NCBI GenBank assembly: GCA_964453115.1
Contig: CAYVRT010000012.1
Span: 33,264-97,263 of the forward strand
DNA: 64,000 nucleotides
Origin: an uncultured Anaerolinea sp.
GTDB lineage: Bacteria; Chloroflexota; Anaerolineae; Anaerolineales; Anaerolineaceae
Direction: 5' to 3'
In this document: one piece after another, positions 20,644 through 29,851 of the stretch
How positions within the stretch are numbered: position 1 is the first letter of the stretch
How the letters are laid out: each line of letters opens with the position of its first letter
Position numbers and translations under genes: made by a program
Notes under the pieces: generated by a model
Database searches by the model: none
What the model saw: only the letters and a program-made list of their open reading frames with translations
Told to the model about the DNA's origin: nothing

Positions 20644-20690
20644 GGCAAAAGACCAGAGGGGAGGGCAAATTCCCCTCCGGCAATCGCTCC

Positions 20691-21254
20691 CTATTTGGTC
20701 ACACGGGTAACGTATTGTCCAGTGCGGGTATCTACACGGATGACATCACCCTGGTTGACGAACATGGGGACTTCAACTTCGGCCCCGGTTTCGACTCGGA
20801 CGCGTTTGGTGACGCCGGTGGCAGTGTCGCCGCGCACAGCGGCATCGGCCTGAACGATTTTCAGGTCAACCGAGGTGGGCAGTTCAATGTCAATGGCTTC
20901 TTCTTTGTAAAAGGTCAGTTTGACCTGCATTTCTTCCTTCAAAAACCCGGCAACGTCTTCAATGACATCACGACGGATGGGGTATTGCTCATAGGTTTCA
21001 ATGTCCATGAAGTAATACAGTTCACCATCGTTGTAGAGGTATTGGGCGTTGTGAAAGTCCAGGCGGACATCCTGAACACCGGTGCCGGAGTTGAAGGTCT
21101 TTTCAATTGTGGCGCCAGTGAGCAGGTTGCGAGCTTTGATGCGGATGGTTGCGTTGCCACGACCGGGTTTGTTGTGACTGTATTCCAGCACGCGGAATAA
21201 GTTGCCATCCAGCTCGAAGGTGACGCCCTTGCGAAGATCGTTTACATCAATCAT
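20691..21254 (-). CDS. efp: translation elongation factor P
   Basis: 187 aa with MIDVNDLRKGVTFELDGNLFRVLEYSHNKPGRGNATIRIKARNL, the classic EF-P N-terminus. Confidence 0.95.
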   Translation of the reverse strand: MIDVNDLRKGVTFELDGNLFRVLEYSHNKPGRGNATIRIKARNLLTGATIEKTFNSGTGVQDVRLDFHNAQYLYNDGELYYFMDIETYEQYPIRRDVIEDVAGFLKEEMQVKLTFYKEEAIDIELPTSVDLKIVQADAAVRGDTATGVTKRVRVETGAEVEVPMFVNQGDVIRVDTRTGQYVTRVTK

Positions 21255-21338
21255 ACTTCTTTCCTTTTTCTTGCTTTTAGATTTTAACAGGCCTGATTAT
21301 AGCGCAGGCTATGCTGGGTGACAAGATGGAAACAGCGG

Positions 21339-22409
21339 TCAGGGGGCTGGGGTGAGGCCGGCGTTGCTGCTTGTGAGGGGCAGGCCCAAAGAGAATTCGC
21401 CAGGAGCGCGAAAGGAGAAGTATGTGATTGTGCCGGGTTGAATGGTGAGGGGGTAGAAGTATTCCTGGTCGGCATGGACGAAGTGTAGAAGATAGTCTCC
21501 AGCGGGCAGATCGCCGCGCGCCAGGTTCTCGCGCAGCGCTGGTTCGCTATAGGTGCGCCCGGCATAGGTGCGGGCGGGGTATTGTTCGCCAGTGGATTGA
21601 TGGATGAGTTCGATATCCAGGCTGGTGATTGGGTCGTCATCCTCTTCAAGCATGCGTCCGGCAAGGACGCCCATGCCAAGTGGTGGTGTGACCCACAGCT
21701 CGGGGTTTTGGAAGGAGCCGTAGCGCCCGCCAACGCGCACTTCAAAATGCAGGTGTGGCCCGGTGGTGGCGCCGGTGTTACCAACCAGGCCCAGTTGCGT
21801 GCCGGTTTCGGCACGTTGGCCGCGCTGGACATCAATCCGGTCCATGTGCCCGTAGACGGTGTAGAGTGCTTCGCCGCGATAGCCAAAATCGTGCAAAATC
21901 ATGACGGCCAGGCCGTAGGGGTCAGCAGGGTCATCTTTTCCAAGCTGCAATCCATAGCCGGTGAAGACAACTTTGCCAGGCCCGGCAGCCAGGACGGGGG
22001 AACCGCGCTGTGCATCAATATCAACCCCAATGTGAACCACATTTTCCAGGCCAGGAAAGTAATAGCCATAGCGATAATCACCGAGCGGCCAGTTTACGGT
22101 ATCTACGGCGATGGGGCGGGTAAAGTAGAAATGGTCGAGCGGGCCGATGGCAAGGGGGGCTTCGTAGAGCGGGGGACGCCAGAGAGAATCGGGTGCATCG
22201 GGGGTGGCAAATTCGACGCGCAGTGGTGGTTCGTTAAGTTGGGCCTGTGGGGTGGCGCGGGCAATGGTTGGTAACTGGATGGGTGTGCCCAGGGTTGCGG
22301 GCAGGATGGGGGAAGGGCTTGGTTGGGGGGGGGCCTGGTTGGGGGTTGGGAGCGGCTGACAGGCGGCTAAAAAGAAGAGCAAGAGGGTGAGCAAACGGAG
22401 AGCTTTCAT
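21339..22409 (-). CDS. M23-family metallopeptidase lipoprotein
   Basis: Lipobox LFFLAAC. M23 motifs HIGVDIDA and GNTGATTGPHLHFEV. ATGA overlap with the upstream TolB-like gene. Confidence 0.85.
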   Translation of the reverse strand: MKALRLLTLLLFFLAACQPLPTPNQAPPQPSPSPILPATLGTPIQLPTIARATPQAQLNEPPLRVEFATPDAPDSLWRPPLYEAPLAIGPLDHFYFTRPIAVDTVNWPLGDYRYGYYFPGLENVVHIGVDIDAQRGSPVLAAGPGKVVFTGYGLQLGKDDPADPYGLAVMILHDFGYRGEALYTVYGHMDRIDVQRGQRAETGTQLGLVGNTGATTGPHLHFEVRVGGRYGSFQNPELWVTPPLGMGVLAGRMLEEDDDPITSLDIELIHQSTGEQYPARTYAGRTYSEPALRENLARGDLPAGDYLLHFVHADQEYFYPLTIQPGTITYFSFRAPGEFSLGLPLTSSNAGLTPAP

Positions 22410-24313
22410 GGTTTGGCTGTTGGGGGCGGGGGCGTCCAGGTGGGGCGCAGGGTGGTGCTAGGGATGGGCGTGGGGGTTTGCGTTGGTGGGGCAGGTGTGT
22501 GGGTGCGTGCCAGGCGCAGGGTGGCGGTTGGGGTGGGGATGATGGGTGTGGGTGTGTAGGTGGGGATGAAGGTTGGGGTGGAGAGTGCTTCAGGTGGGTA
22601 TAGCTCGGCCATGGCTGCTGACCAACTCAGGCCATTGGTAAAGGCTAATTGATTGAAGCGTGCAGCAGGGTAGAAGCTGCGCCAGTTACGCAACGCTGGC
22701 AGGCGCTGCCAGCCGCTGCGTTGGGCCAGGTCGGTCAGGTCAATCCAATATCCAGCCGGGATGGGGTTGATGCGTCCACCTTGCTCATAGGCTTTGGGGT
22801 CGCCGCTGAAGCGGGCGTTCAAATCCCAGGGTGATTGGGTAAGGGGGATGCCCTGGGAACCGTCCTGGTAACGCGCTTTGAGGTAAACGCGCCAGAAGGT
22901 TTGTCCATCAAATTCCTCCCGCATGACAACCATCCAGCCTGCCTGTTGGGCGAGTGGGTTGAACGCGATGGCGCGCCCAGTGTAGAGCCAGTCTTCGTAG
23001 ATACTGGGGGTGGGCGGCTCGGTCAGCGGCAGGTAGGCGTTTTCCAGGTTGAGGAGCAGGTCCCAGCCGGTTTGTTCCGCAATCAACTGTCGCAAGGCAA
23101 TGAATGCTTCATCGGCGGCATCGTGCAGGAAGGGGTACGGGGCATTGACATCTTGTATAGGAACAATGCCGTAGCGTCCAAGGGGAGCAACCGGGAAAAG
23201 GGTCAGCACAGGCTGATAGGGGATAGGTTGTGGCGGTTGGATGGCTTGTGGGAGGAGCAGGTTTTGTCCATTGCCAGACATACGCTGCCAATCCAGCCCG
23301 GCAATTTGGCCGGGGAGGGGCAGGGGGGGCAGGACAATGCGTGCATCGCTGATTTGATAGGCAGTCAGCAGGGTTTGGTTGGGGTCCTGAATTCCAGTCA
23401 GGAGAATATCTCCCTGGGGGCTGAATGCAGGCCAATCGCCGCGCCCAAGCAGACGAGCGGTTTTAATGTCGGTATCGGTTTGCCAAAGCCAAATTTGGCG
23501 CCGCCCGTCTTTATCAGAAGACCAGGCCAGCCAGCGGCCATCGGGTGACCAAACAGGGTGATTTTCCTGAGCATCGCTGCTGTTGGTGAGGTTGAGGAAG
23601 CGCTGGTCATTGCTGTTCAGGTCAGCCAACCAGATATCGGCATTGCCAGAGCGGGTGGAGATAAATGCAATTTGCCGTCCGCCGGGCGACCATGCCGGGG
23701 AGAAATCGGGTGCGGGATCATCTGTGAGGGGAATGGGCTGATCGGGAGAATTGACGTTGCTGAGCCATAGTTCCAGGTTGTTGTTGAACCAGGTTTCATA
23801 GACCAGCCATTGGTTATCGGGTGACCAGGATGGGCTGCCCTCATAGCCTGGGGTATCGCTAAGCTGCACCTGAACACCGCTGGTAACATCGAGCAGGTAG
23901 AGATTCCAGTAACCGTTACGACGTGAGGTGTAGGCAATGCGTGTGCCGTCGCTGCTGATTGCGGGGTTGAGGTCATCCCAGGCATTGTTGGTGATGCGGG
24001 TGAGCGGGAAGAGCTGTGGATGGTAGGCAAACAGGTGTTGGTGATAGCCATCACTGAGTGAAAGCAGGATGGCACCTTGTTCCTGTAGCTCAACTGGAAT
24101 GGGAAGGGTGGCAATGGGTTGGGGTGTGGCGGATGGTAGTGGGCTGGAGAGGGGTTCGGGCTGGGTTTGCTCGGTGAGGTCGGCTGGTTGCGTGGTGGGG
24201 GCTGGGGCGGGTTGGGTGAGCTGATAGGCAACGTAACCGCTAGATGCAAGCAGGAAGAGGAGCAGGGCTGCCGCCAGCAAACGCAGAGTCTTTTTGAGGG
24301 GAGCGGTTTTCAT
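22406..24313 (-). CDS. membrane-anchored TolB-like (PD40 beta-propeller) protein with unknown C-terminal domain and Pro/Thr tail
   Basis: N-terminal TM followed by repeated PD40-like units (PAISSDGTRIAYTSRRNGYWNLYLLD; PSWSPDNQWLVYE; PAWSPGGRQIAFIS; PVWSPDGRWLAWSSD). The C-terminal ~300 aa have no motif I recognise. The last ~60 aa are TP-rich. Confidence 0.7.
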   Translation of the reverse strand: MKTAPLKKTLRLLAAALLLFLLASSGYVAYQLTQPAPAPTTQPADLTEQTQPEPLSSPLPSATPQPIATLPIPVELQEQGAILLSLSDGYHQHLFAYHPQLFPLTRITNNAWDDLNPAISSDGTRIAYTSRRNGYWNLYLLDVTSGVQVQLSDTPGYEGSPSWSPDNQWLVYETWFNNNLELWLSNVNSPDQPIPLTDDPAPDFSPAWSPGGRQIAFISTRSGNADIWLADLNSNDQRFLNLTNSSDAQENHPVWSPDGRWLAWSSDKDGRRQIWLWQTDTDIKTARLLGRGDWPAFSPQGDILLTGIQDPNQTLLTAYQISDARIVLPPLPLPGQIAGLDWQRMSGNGQNLLLPQAIQPPQPIPYQPVLTLFPVAPLGRYGIVPIQDVNAPYPFLHDAADEAFIALRQLIAEQTGWDLLLNLENAYLPLTEPPTPSIYEDWLYTGRAIAFNPLAQQAGWMVVMREEFDGQTFWRVYLKARYQDGSQGIPLTQSPWDLNARFSGDPKAYEQGGRINPIPAGYWIDLTDLAQRSGWQRLPALRNWRSFYPAARFNQLAFTNGLSWSAAMAELYPPEALSTPTFIPTYTPTPIIPTPTATLRLARTHTPAPPTQTPTPIPSTTLRPTWTPPPPTAKP

Positions 24314-24403
24314 GTGGGCGTCTGAAAGCCTTTCAACCGGGTGGGGTGCAGGGATGCACGGCCCGTTGCTTTAGTTTACCATAGATGCAGGGGGAATGGC
24401 TTT

Positions 24404-24748
24404 TCAGGCTTGCGGTGCTTCAAACTGGAATGAGATGGAATGTTCGTCCTGTACATCGCTTCCTTCATAATAGAGCCGGGCGGTGAGGGTGTGCGGGGCA
24501 GCGGGTTGTGCGGGTTGACGGAGGTGCATGGTGAAGAGCAGGTCGGGCATGGCGGTTTCGATGATGAAGACGCGAGCAACTTCTTCGCCGGTTGAGTTCA
24601 GGACGATGCATTCCAGGCTGGGGTTTTGTTGGAACGGGGTGATGGAGATGCGCACGCGCAGGCGGCGGCCATCTGTTTGTGGCTCAGCGGATAGGTTGAG
24701 CAGGCGCACTGCTTCGGGGGGTAAGGCATCCTCACGGGGTAGGGGCAT
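24404..24748 (-). CDS. hypothetical protein (114 aa)
   Basis: The internal ATG at 24748 starts downstream of the DUF1015 gene. No recognisable motif. The 5' part of the tracked ORF overlaps the DUF1015 3' end and is rejected. Confidence 0.45.
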   Translation of the reverse strand: MPLPREDALPPEAVRLLNLSAEPQTDGRRLRVRISITPFQQNPSLECIVLNSTGEEVARVFIIETAMPDLLFTMHLRQPAQPAAPHTLTARLYYEGSDVQDEHSISFQFEAPQA

Positions 24749-24815
24749 ATCATCTTCCTTTGATGATGAAAAAGCAAGGGGGGCAGAAAACTGCCCCCTT
24801 GCGGAGCTTTGAAAT

Positions 24816-26132
24816 TCAGGCGATGGAGCGGCATTCCATGTAGAAGCGCTTTTCAATTGCCTCGCCCATCGAGAAAGTTTTGCGTGGCAGAGCGCCATCC
24901 AGTAAAACGGTTTTGAACAGGTCATGCTTGGGCATGGCTGGCAAATAAAACCCGAGGTGACCGGGTTTTTGTCCCAATTCACACAGCACATCCTGTCCGT
25001 GAACATAATCAATCTTGCCCGCTCCACCCGTCTTGAGCCAGGCATCCAGGAAGGTTTGCAGGGTGCCAACTGGCAAATTGGAGGAGGGGTTGGTAACGAA
25101 TGCGACCTGATAGCCCTGAGGTGTGACGATGCCGAAGGCCTGTTCTCTGCCGGTTTGTGCATGGACTGTGGTTGTCATGGCAGCGGCTGTTGGTGCGGTT
25201 TGCAGGCGCAACGAGTGGCCAAAATGGGCTGTGAGGGCAGTGTGCAGATCTTCTTTGACATCAAACAGGACGCGATGAATGGGTTCAAATTCCAGGCCCT
25301 CATCGTGGACGTTTTCAAGCTCAATCAGGGCGTAGCGTGCTGGATGATCCATGCCAACTTGCGGCTTGAGCTGTTCCCAGATGGATTTGGCAGTGGCGAG
25401 CGAGTGGTTGCCATCGCCAACAGCGAATAACAACACGCCCAGGTCGTCACCCACGCCGTAGCGTTGCTGAAAGAAGTGAGGGTTGGCGAGCGCTTCCAGC
25501 GCGCTGACAACTTGCTGTTCGAGGGCCGCGTTGTTGATATGCCAGCCGCGCAAATGTCCGCTGCCGAGCATCAATTCAAAATCATAGACCTGTTGCAGGG
25601 AACTGCTTGCGGCAGCGATTGGCTCAATGACGGTCTTTTGGGGGTCGTCAATCAGCACCAGAATGTGTGGCAGTTCCAACGGGGCGCCCTGACGAATGCG
25701 GATGCGCGGTGGTAAGCGGTCGAGGATGGTTCCTTCGGTGGCGCGCACCAGGGTTTGAGAGCCTTTGTTGAAGTTGTAGTGTTCCAGGTCGAGTGCAAGC
25801 ATGAGACCGTGCCTGGTTTTGCCAGCGACACTGCGTTCAACATAAATCAGTCCTTCACGGCGCACAAGCAGGCCTTCCTTCAGGTAATGTTGCATGGTGT
25901 GCTGCGTGGTATGGATGCGCTCGGTTTCGGCGGGGGTGCCAAGCATGACCTCTGGTAGAATCATGTGATAGGTGGAAGGAGAACTGCCGACGTGTTCGGC
26001 GACTGATTGCCAGTATTCAGGCTGAGAGGTGAACTGATCGCAGGCGATGACAGCCCACTTGTTCAGGTCTGTGCCAGGGGCAGGCAGGAGAATATCGGCA
26101 ACTTGAATGCCAACACTGGAATAATTTTTCAT
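24816..26132 (-). CDS. DUF1015-family protein
   Basis: 438 aa. The N-terminal pattern WAVIACDQFTSQPEYW and the overall size recall the DUF1015/COG4198 family. Assignment is from memory of the family pattern. Confidence 0.6.
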   Translation of the reverse strand: MKNYSSVGIQVADILLPAPGTDLNKWAVIACDQFTSQPEYWQSVAEHVGSSPSTYHMILPEVMLGTPAETERIHTTQHTMQHYLKEGLLVRREGLIYVERSVAGKTRHGLMLALDLEHYNFNKGSQTLVRATEGTILDRLPPRIRIRQGAPLELPHILVLIDDPQKTVIEPIAAASSSLQQVYDFELMLGSGHLRGWHINNAALEQQVVSALEALANPHFFQQRYGVGDDLGVLLFAVGDGNHSLATAKSIWEQLKPQVGMDHPARYALIELENVHDEGLEFEPIHRVLFDVKEDLHTALTAHFGHSLRLQTAPTAAAMTTTVHAQTGREQAFGIVTPQGYQVAFVTNPSSNLPVGTLQTFLDAWLKTGGAGKIDYVHGQDVLCELGQKPGHLGFYLPAMPKHDLFKTVLLDGALPRKTFSMGEAIEKRFYMECRSIA

Positions 26133-26212
26133 GGAGCCTCACCTTATTTTATGGAAAGAGTTTTGATGAAGCTATTGTACCAGACTCAATGCCGGGTGGA
26201 TATTGAGGATAC

Positions 26213-27070
26213 TCACATCCCGGCTGTGAAGGTCAGTCCAACGCAGCCGGGGCCGGTGTGAACGCCAATAACGGGGCTGACATCGGCAATGGCTGTTTGG
26301 TTGACGGCCGTCAGGCTAAAGCGGGCGCGGGCCTTTTCGAGCAGAGCTTCGGCCATTTCGGGCCCGGCGGCATGGACGGCGGCTAGATGAATGGGGGTAC
26401 GTGCGCCAACGCGTTGCTCAATCAGGTCCAGAAGGCGTTCGGTGGCTTTGCTCATGGTGCGGATGCGTTCGACGGCTTCAATGCGTCCGCCGCGCAGTTC
26501 AAGCAGAGGTTTGAGGTTGAGTGCCGTACCGAGGAAGGCGGCTGCGCCGCCAATTCGTCCACCACGGTGCAGAAATTCGAGCGTGTTGACGGCAAAAATG
26601 ATGCCGCTGTTGTGGCATGCCTGCTCAGCAAGGATTTTGCATTCCTGTAAGGTGGCGCCCTGTTCAGCGGCGCGAGCGGCAATCAGCACTGGGTAGCCCA
26701 TGCCCATCGAGGTCAGCTGTGAATCAATGATTTCGATTGGGGCATTGGGTAGCATGTTGCGCGCTTGTTGGGCAGAATCAACGGTGCCAGAGAGTTTGGA
26801 GGAGATGTGAACGCTAAGAATTTGGTACCCCTGGCTGAGTAACTTCTCATAAACCCCTTTGAAGGCAGCCGGGGAGGGTTGCGAAGTGGTAGGCAGGGTA
26901 CGGGTTGTTTGCAGGCGTTGGTAAAATTGGGCGGGCTGAATATCCACTCCGTCACGTTGCGTTTCATCTCCCCAAATGACTTGCAAGGGAACGGTTTCAA
27001 TGGTGGCTTGCTTGCTCAGTTCGGCGGGAATGTAGGCGGTGCTGTCGGTTACAAGTGCTACTTTGGACAT
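26213..27070 (-). CDS. DegV-family fatty-acid-binding protein
   Basis: The ATG at 27070 gives MSKVALVTDSTAYIPAEL...; SSKLSGT and HTGPG motifs. Confidence 0.85.
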   Translation of the reverse strand: MSKVALVTDSTAYIPAELSKQATIETVPLQVIWGDETQRDGVDIQPAQFYQRLQTTRTLPTTSQPSPAAFKGVYEKLLSQGYQILSVHISSKLSGTVDSAQQARNMLPNAPIEIIDSQLTSMGMGYPVLIAARAAEQGATLQECKILAEQACHNSGIIFAVNTLEFLHRGGRIGGAAAFLGTALNLKPLLELRGGRIEAVERIRTMSKATERLLDLIEQRVGARTPIHLAAVHAAGPEMAEALLEKARARFSLTAVNQTAIADVSPVIGVHTGPGCVGLTFTAGM

Positions 27071-27154
27071 GGGAACTCCTGAAAAAGGGTAAAAATAATT
27101 CGATTTTGCTATGCTTAACCCTGATGAGGTAAAAAAGTTTCTTTGTTGCAAACC

Positions 27155-27183
27155 TTGACCGTTCGCATGTTACAGGCTAAAAT
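27155..27183 (+). promoter_or_regulatory. candidate sigma-70 promoter for ffh
   Basis: TTGACC (27155-27160), 17-nt spacer, TAAAAT (27178-27183), about 60 nt upstream of the ffh GTG start. Confidence 0.5.
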
Positions 27184-27246
27184 CAAAAACTGCGTGTGCT
27201 GGGCATTCTGGCGCGCGAGGTTGTTATTCTGTTTGCAGGTTAAATC

Positions 27247-28569
27247 GTGTTCGAGTCACTCTCACAACGGCTGAATCAAATTTTTGAAAATCTGCGTCGG
27301 CGTGGCAAGCTGACAGCTGAGGATGTTGACGCGGTGATGCGCGAGGTGCGTCTGGCGCTTTTGGAAGCGGATGTGCATTACAGCGTGGTGAAGAGTTTTG
27401 TGGCTCGGGTGCGAGAACGAGCCGTGGGGGCTGAAGTTTCGAAGGCACTGAACCCGGCGCAACAGGTGATCAAGATTGTGCATGAAGAATTGATCGCAAC
27501 GTTGGGCGAGCCGGAACGCCTGAATTTGAGCGGAGCGCGCCCGCGTGTGGTGATGTTGGTGGGTTTGCAGGGTTCGGGCAAGACGACTGCGGCCTCAAAA
27601 CTGGCCCGGTTGTTGCGCACACAGGGTGAACGGGTGTTGCTGGTGGCAGCTGACCCCTACCGTCCGGCGGCGATTAAGCAATTGCAGACGATGGGCGAAC
27701 GGGTGGGGGTGCCGGTGTTTACGGAGCAGGGCGTTAAACCGCCTGACCTGGCGGCACGGGCCTATGACCAGGCGCAAAAAGGCGGCGTGACGGTGATGAT
27801 TATTGACACTGCCGGGCGTTCGCAGCTTGACCAGGATTTGATGGATGAGCTGCGGGCAATTGCCAGACGCGTGCCAGTGGTTGAGACGTTGTTGGTTGTG
27901 GATGCGATGATTGGTCAGGAGGCGCTGCATGTGGCAGAGGGCTTCCGCGATACGGTATCGTTGACCGGGTTGATTTTGAGCAAGATGGATGGTGATGCGC
28001 GTGGCGGTGCGGCCATTTCAATCCGCAGTGTCACGGGGGTACCGCTCAAATTCCTCGGCATGAGCGAAGGCGTCGAAGATCTGGAAGTCTACGACCCGCG
28101 CCGTTTGGCCTCGCGCATCCTTGGAATGGGGGATGTGATTGGCCTGATTGAGCGCGCTGAGGCAGCCTTTGATGAAAAGACGGCCAAGGAACAGGCTGAC
28201 CGAATGATGTCGGGCGAGTTTACGCTGGAAGATTTTGCCCAGCAATTGCGCCAGATTCGCAAGATGGGGCCATTGAGCCAGATTTTGGAAATGCTGCCCG
28301 GTTCGATGGGGCAGATGGCACGCCAGGTTTCGCCGCAGGATGCAGAGCTGCAATTGAAGCTGACCGAGGCAATTATCAATTCGATGACGGTGCAGGAGCG
28401 TCGCCATCCAGATATTCTCAATGCCAGCCGACGCCGCCGAATAGCGCGCGGTTGTGGGCATGATGTGCAGGATGTCAATCGTTTGATCAAGCAATTCCGC
28501 GAGGCACAGCGTTTGATGAAAACCCTGCAGAAGACGGGCGGGCGCGGCTTGCCGCGTCTGTTTGGCTAG
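27247..28569 (+). CDS. ffh: signal recognition particle protein Ffh
   Basis: GTG start. MFESLSQRLNQIF, GLQGSGKTT, DTAGR and the Met-rich M domain. Confidence 0.95.
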   Translation: MFESLSQRLNQIFENLRRRGKLTAEDVDAVMREVRLALLEADVHYSVVKSFVARVRERAVGAEVSKALNPAQQVIKIVHEELIATLGEPERLNLSGARPRVVMLVGLQGSGKTTAASKLARLLRTQGERVLLVAADPYRPAAIKQLQTMGERVGVPVFTEQGVKPPDLAARAYDQAQKGGVTVMIIDTAGRSQLDQDLMDELRAIARRVPVVETLLVVDAMIGQEALHVAEGFRDTVSLTGLILSKMDGDARGGAAISIRSVTGVPLKFLGMSEGVEDLEVYDPRRLASRILGMGDVIGLIERAEAAFDEKTAKEQADRMMSGEFTLEDFAQQLRQIRKMGPLSQILEMLPGSMGQMARQVSPQDAELQLKLTEAIINSMTVQERRHPDILNASRRRRIARGCGHDVQDVNRLIKQFREAQRLMKTLQKTGGRGLPRLFG

Positions 28570-28680
28570 TGCAAAGGCTGGGACGGGCGTCATTCGCTTC
28601 CCTTCAGCGACCCTCATCCGTTTTGGCCAGGCAAGTTCGTTTCAAAAATATTCTTTGTCAGTCTAAGGAGATACAATTCG

Positions 28681-29034
28681 ATGGTTCGTATTCGTTTACG
28701 CCGCACTGGTTTGCATGGGCAGCCAACCTACCGCCTCGTGGCGGCTGAAAAGGAAAGCCCCCGCGATGGTCGCTTCTTGGAGATTTTGGGCTTCTACAAC
28801 CCACGCACTGAGCCTTTTACCCTGGAAGTGCAAGAAGATCGCATTTACGACTGGATGAGCAAGGGCGCACAGCCTAGCGATTCGGTGCTGATGCTGTTCC
28901 GCAGCGTTGGCCTGATGGATCGGTACGAGCGCTTCAAGAAAGGCGAGGCGGTTGAAACCTTGCTGGCCGAGGCCAAAGAAGCCTATGCCAAGCGGGCTGT
29001 CAACCCGAAGACGCTTGCCTCTCAGAAAAAATAG
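28681..29034 (+). CDS. rpsP: 30S ribosomal protein S16
   Basis: MVRIRLRRTGLHGQPTYRLVAAEKESPRDGRFLEILGFYNP; AAGGAG RBS at 28665-28670. Confidence 0.95.
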   Translation: MVRIRLRRTGLHGQPTYRLVAAEKESPRDGRFLEILGFYNPRTEPFTLEVQEDRIYDWMSKGAQPSDSVLMLFRSVGLMDRYERFKKGEAVETLLAEAKEAYAKRAVNPKTLASQKK

Positions 29035-29043
29035 CTTGCGGCC

Positions 29044-29280
29044 ATGAAAGAGCTGATCGAGTACATCGCTCGTTCTCTGGTCGAAGACCCGACACAGGTA
29101 CAGGTGCGCCAGGAACGGATTGGCGGACGTGTTCACCTGGAATTGCGCGTGGCAAAAGAGGATATGGGCCGGGTAATTGGCAAAAGTGGCCGTGTGGCGA
29201 ATGCAATGCGCGTTTTGTTGCGCGTGGCTTCGGCACAAGAAGGAAAGCAAGCGACGCTCGACGTGGCGGAACCGCGATGA
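29044..29280 (+). CDS. khpA: KH-domain RNA-binding protein (KhpA/YlqC-like)
   Basis: 78 aa with a GRVIGKSGRVANAMRVLL KH motif, in the conserved position between rpsP and rimM. Confidence 0.85.
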   Translation: MKELIEYIARSLVEDPTQVQVRQERIGGRVHLELRVAKEDMGRVIGKSGRVANAMRVLLRVASAQEGKQATLDVAEPR

Positions 29281-29843
29281 AACGGCGCGTGCCGAATTCC
29301 CCCTCAATACCGAATGCTGAAAACACAGGCTCGTCTGTCCTGGGCGGGCCTGTGTTTCTCGCGGTTGGTCTGCTGCGCCGGCCGCATGGGCTGAAAGGCG
29401 AAATGTTGATGGAGGTGTGGACAGAATTTCCGGAGCGTTTGAGAGCCGGAAAGCGTGTCTATATTGGCGAGAACCATGCTGCGCACCGTATTCGCTCGGC
29501 GCGAGCGATGGATCGGTCGCGCTTGGTGCTGCTTGAAGGCCTGAATACCCCCGAAGATACATTTGCATTTCGCAATCAGATCATGTATGTGCGCGCCGAT
29601 GAACTGCCGCGCTTGCCAGAGGGCCGTTACTATCATCACGAGTTGCTTGGCATGACGGTGCTTGACCCAGAAGGACGCCTGCTGGGTGTTTTGTCTGAAA
29701 TCCTGGAAACAGGTGCGAATGATGTGTATCTGGTGAAATGCGAGGGCGGAGAATTGCTTTTGCCAGCGATTGCGGATGTTATTCTGGCGGTAGATGTGGA
29801 TGCGCGTCAGATGCAGGTGAAACCGCCCGTTTGGGACGACTGA
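29277..29843 (+). CDS. rimM: 16S rRNA processing protein RimM
   Basis: VGLLRRPHGLKGEMLMEV and a PRC-barrel C-terminus. ATGA overlap with the KH gene. The true start may lie further downstream. Confidence 0.85.
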   Translation: MKRRVPNSPSIPNAENTGSSVLGGPVFLAVGLLRRPHGLKGEMLMEVWTEFPERLRAGKRVYIGENHAAHRIRSARAMDRSRLVLLEGLNTPEDTFAFRNQIMYVRADELPRLPEGRYYHHELLGMTVLDPEGRLLGVLSEILETGANDVYLVKCEGGELLLPAIADVILAVDVDARQMQVKPPVWDD

Positions 29844-29851
29844 AGGCCGTT

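Noticed and set aside
20341-20853. 170-aa plus-strand ORF overlapping the Cys-rich gene and efp
   Set aside because: It is antisense to efp for its 3' third. The minus-strand 112-aa ORF has an ATG start, native-like codon usage and an ATGA coupling to the next gene.
22406-22570. Thr/Pro-rich coding stretches (also 48760..48860 in the LysM gene) as tandem repeats or mobile-element remnants
   Set aside because: These are in-frame low-complexity linker regions of envelope proteins. There is no nucleotide-level unit repeat and no flanking mobile genes.
28696-29568. 290-aa minus-strand ORF across rpsP, the KH gene and rimM
   Set aside because: It is antisense to three conserved ribosome-associated genes and has no recognisable motif.
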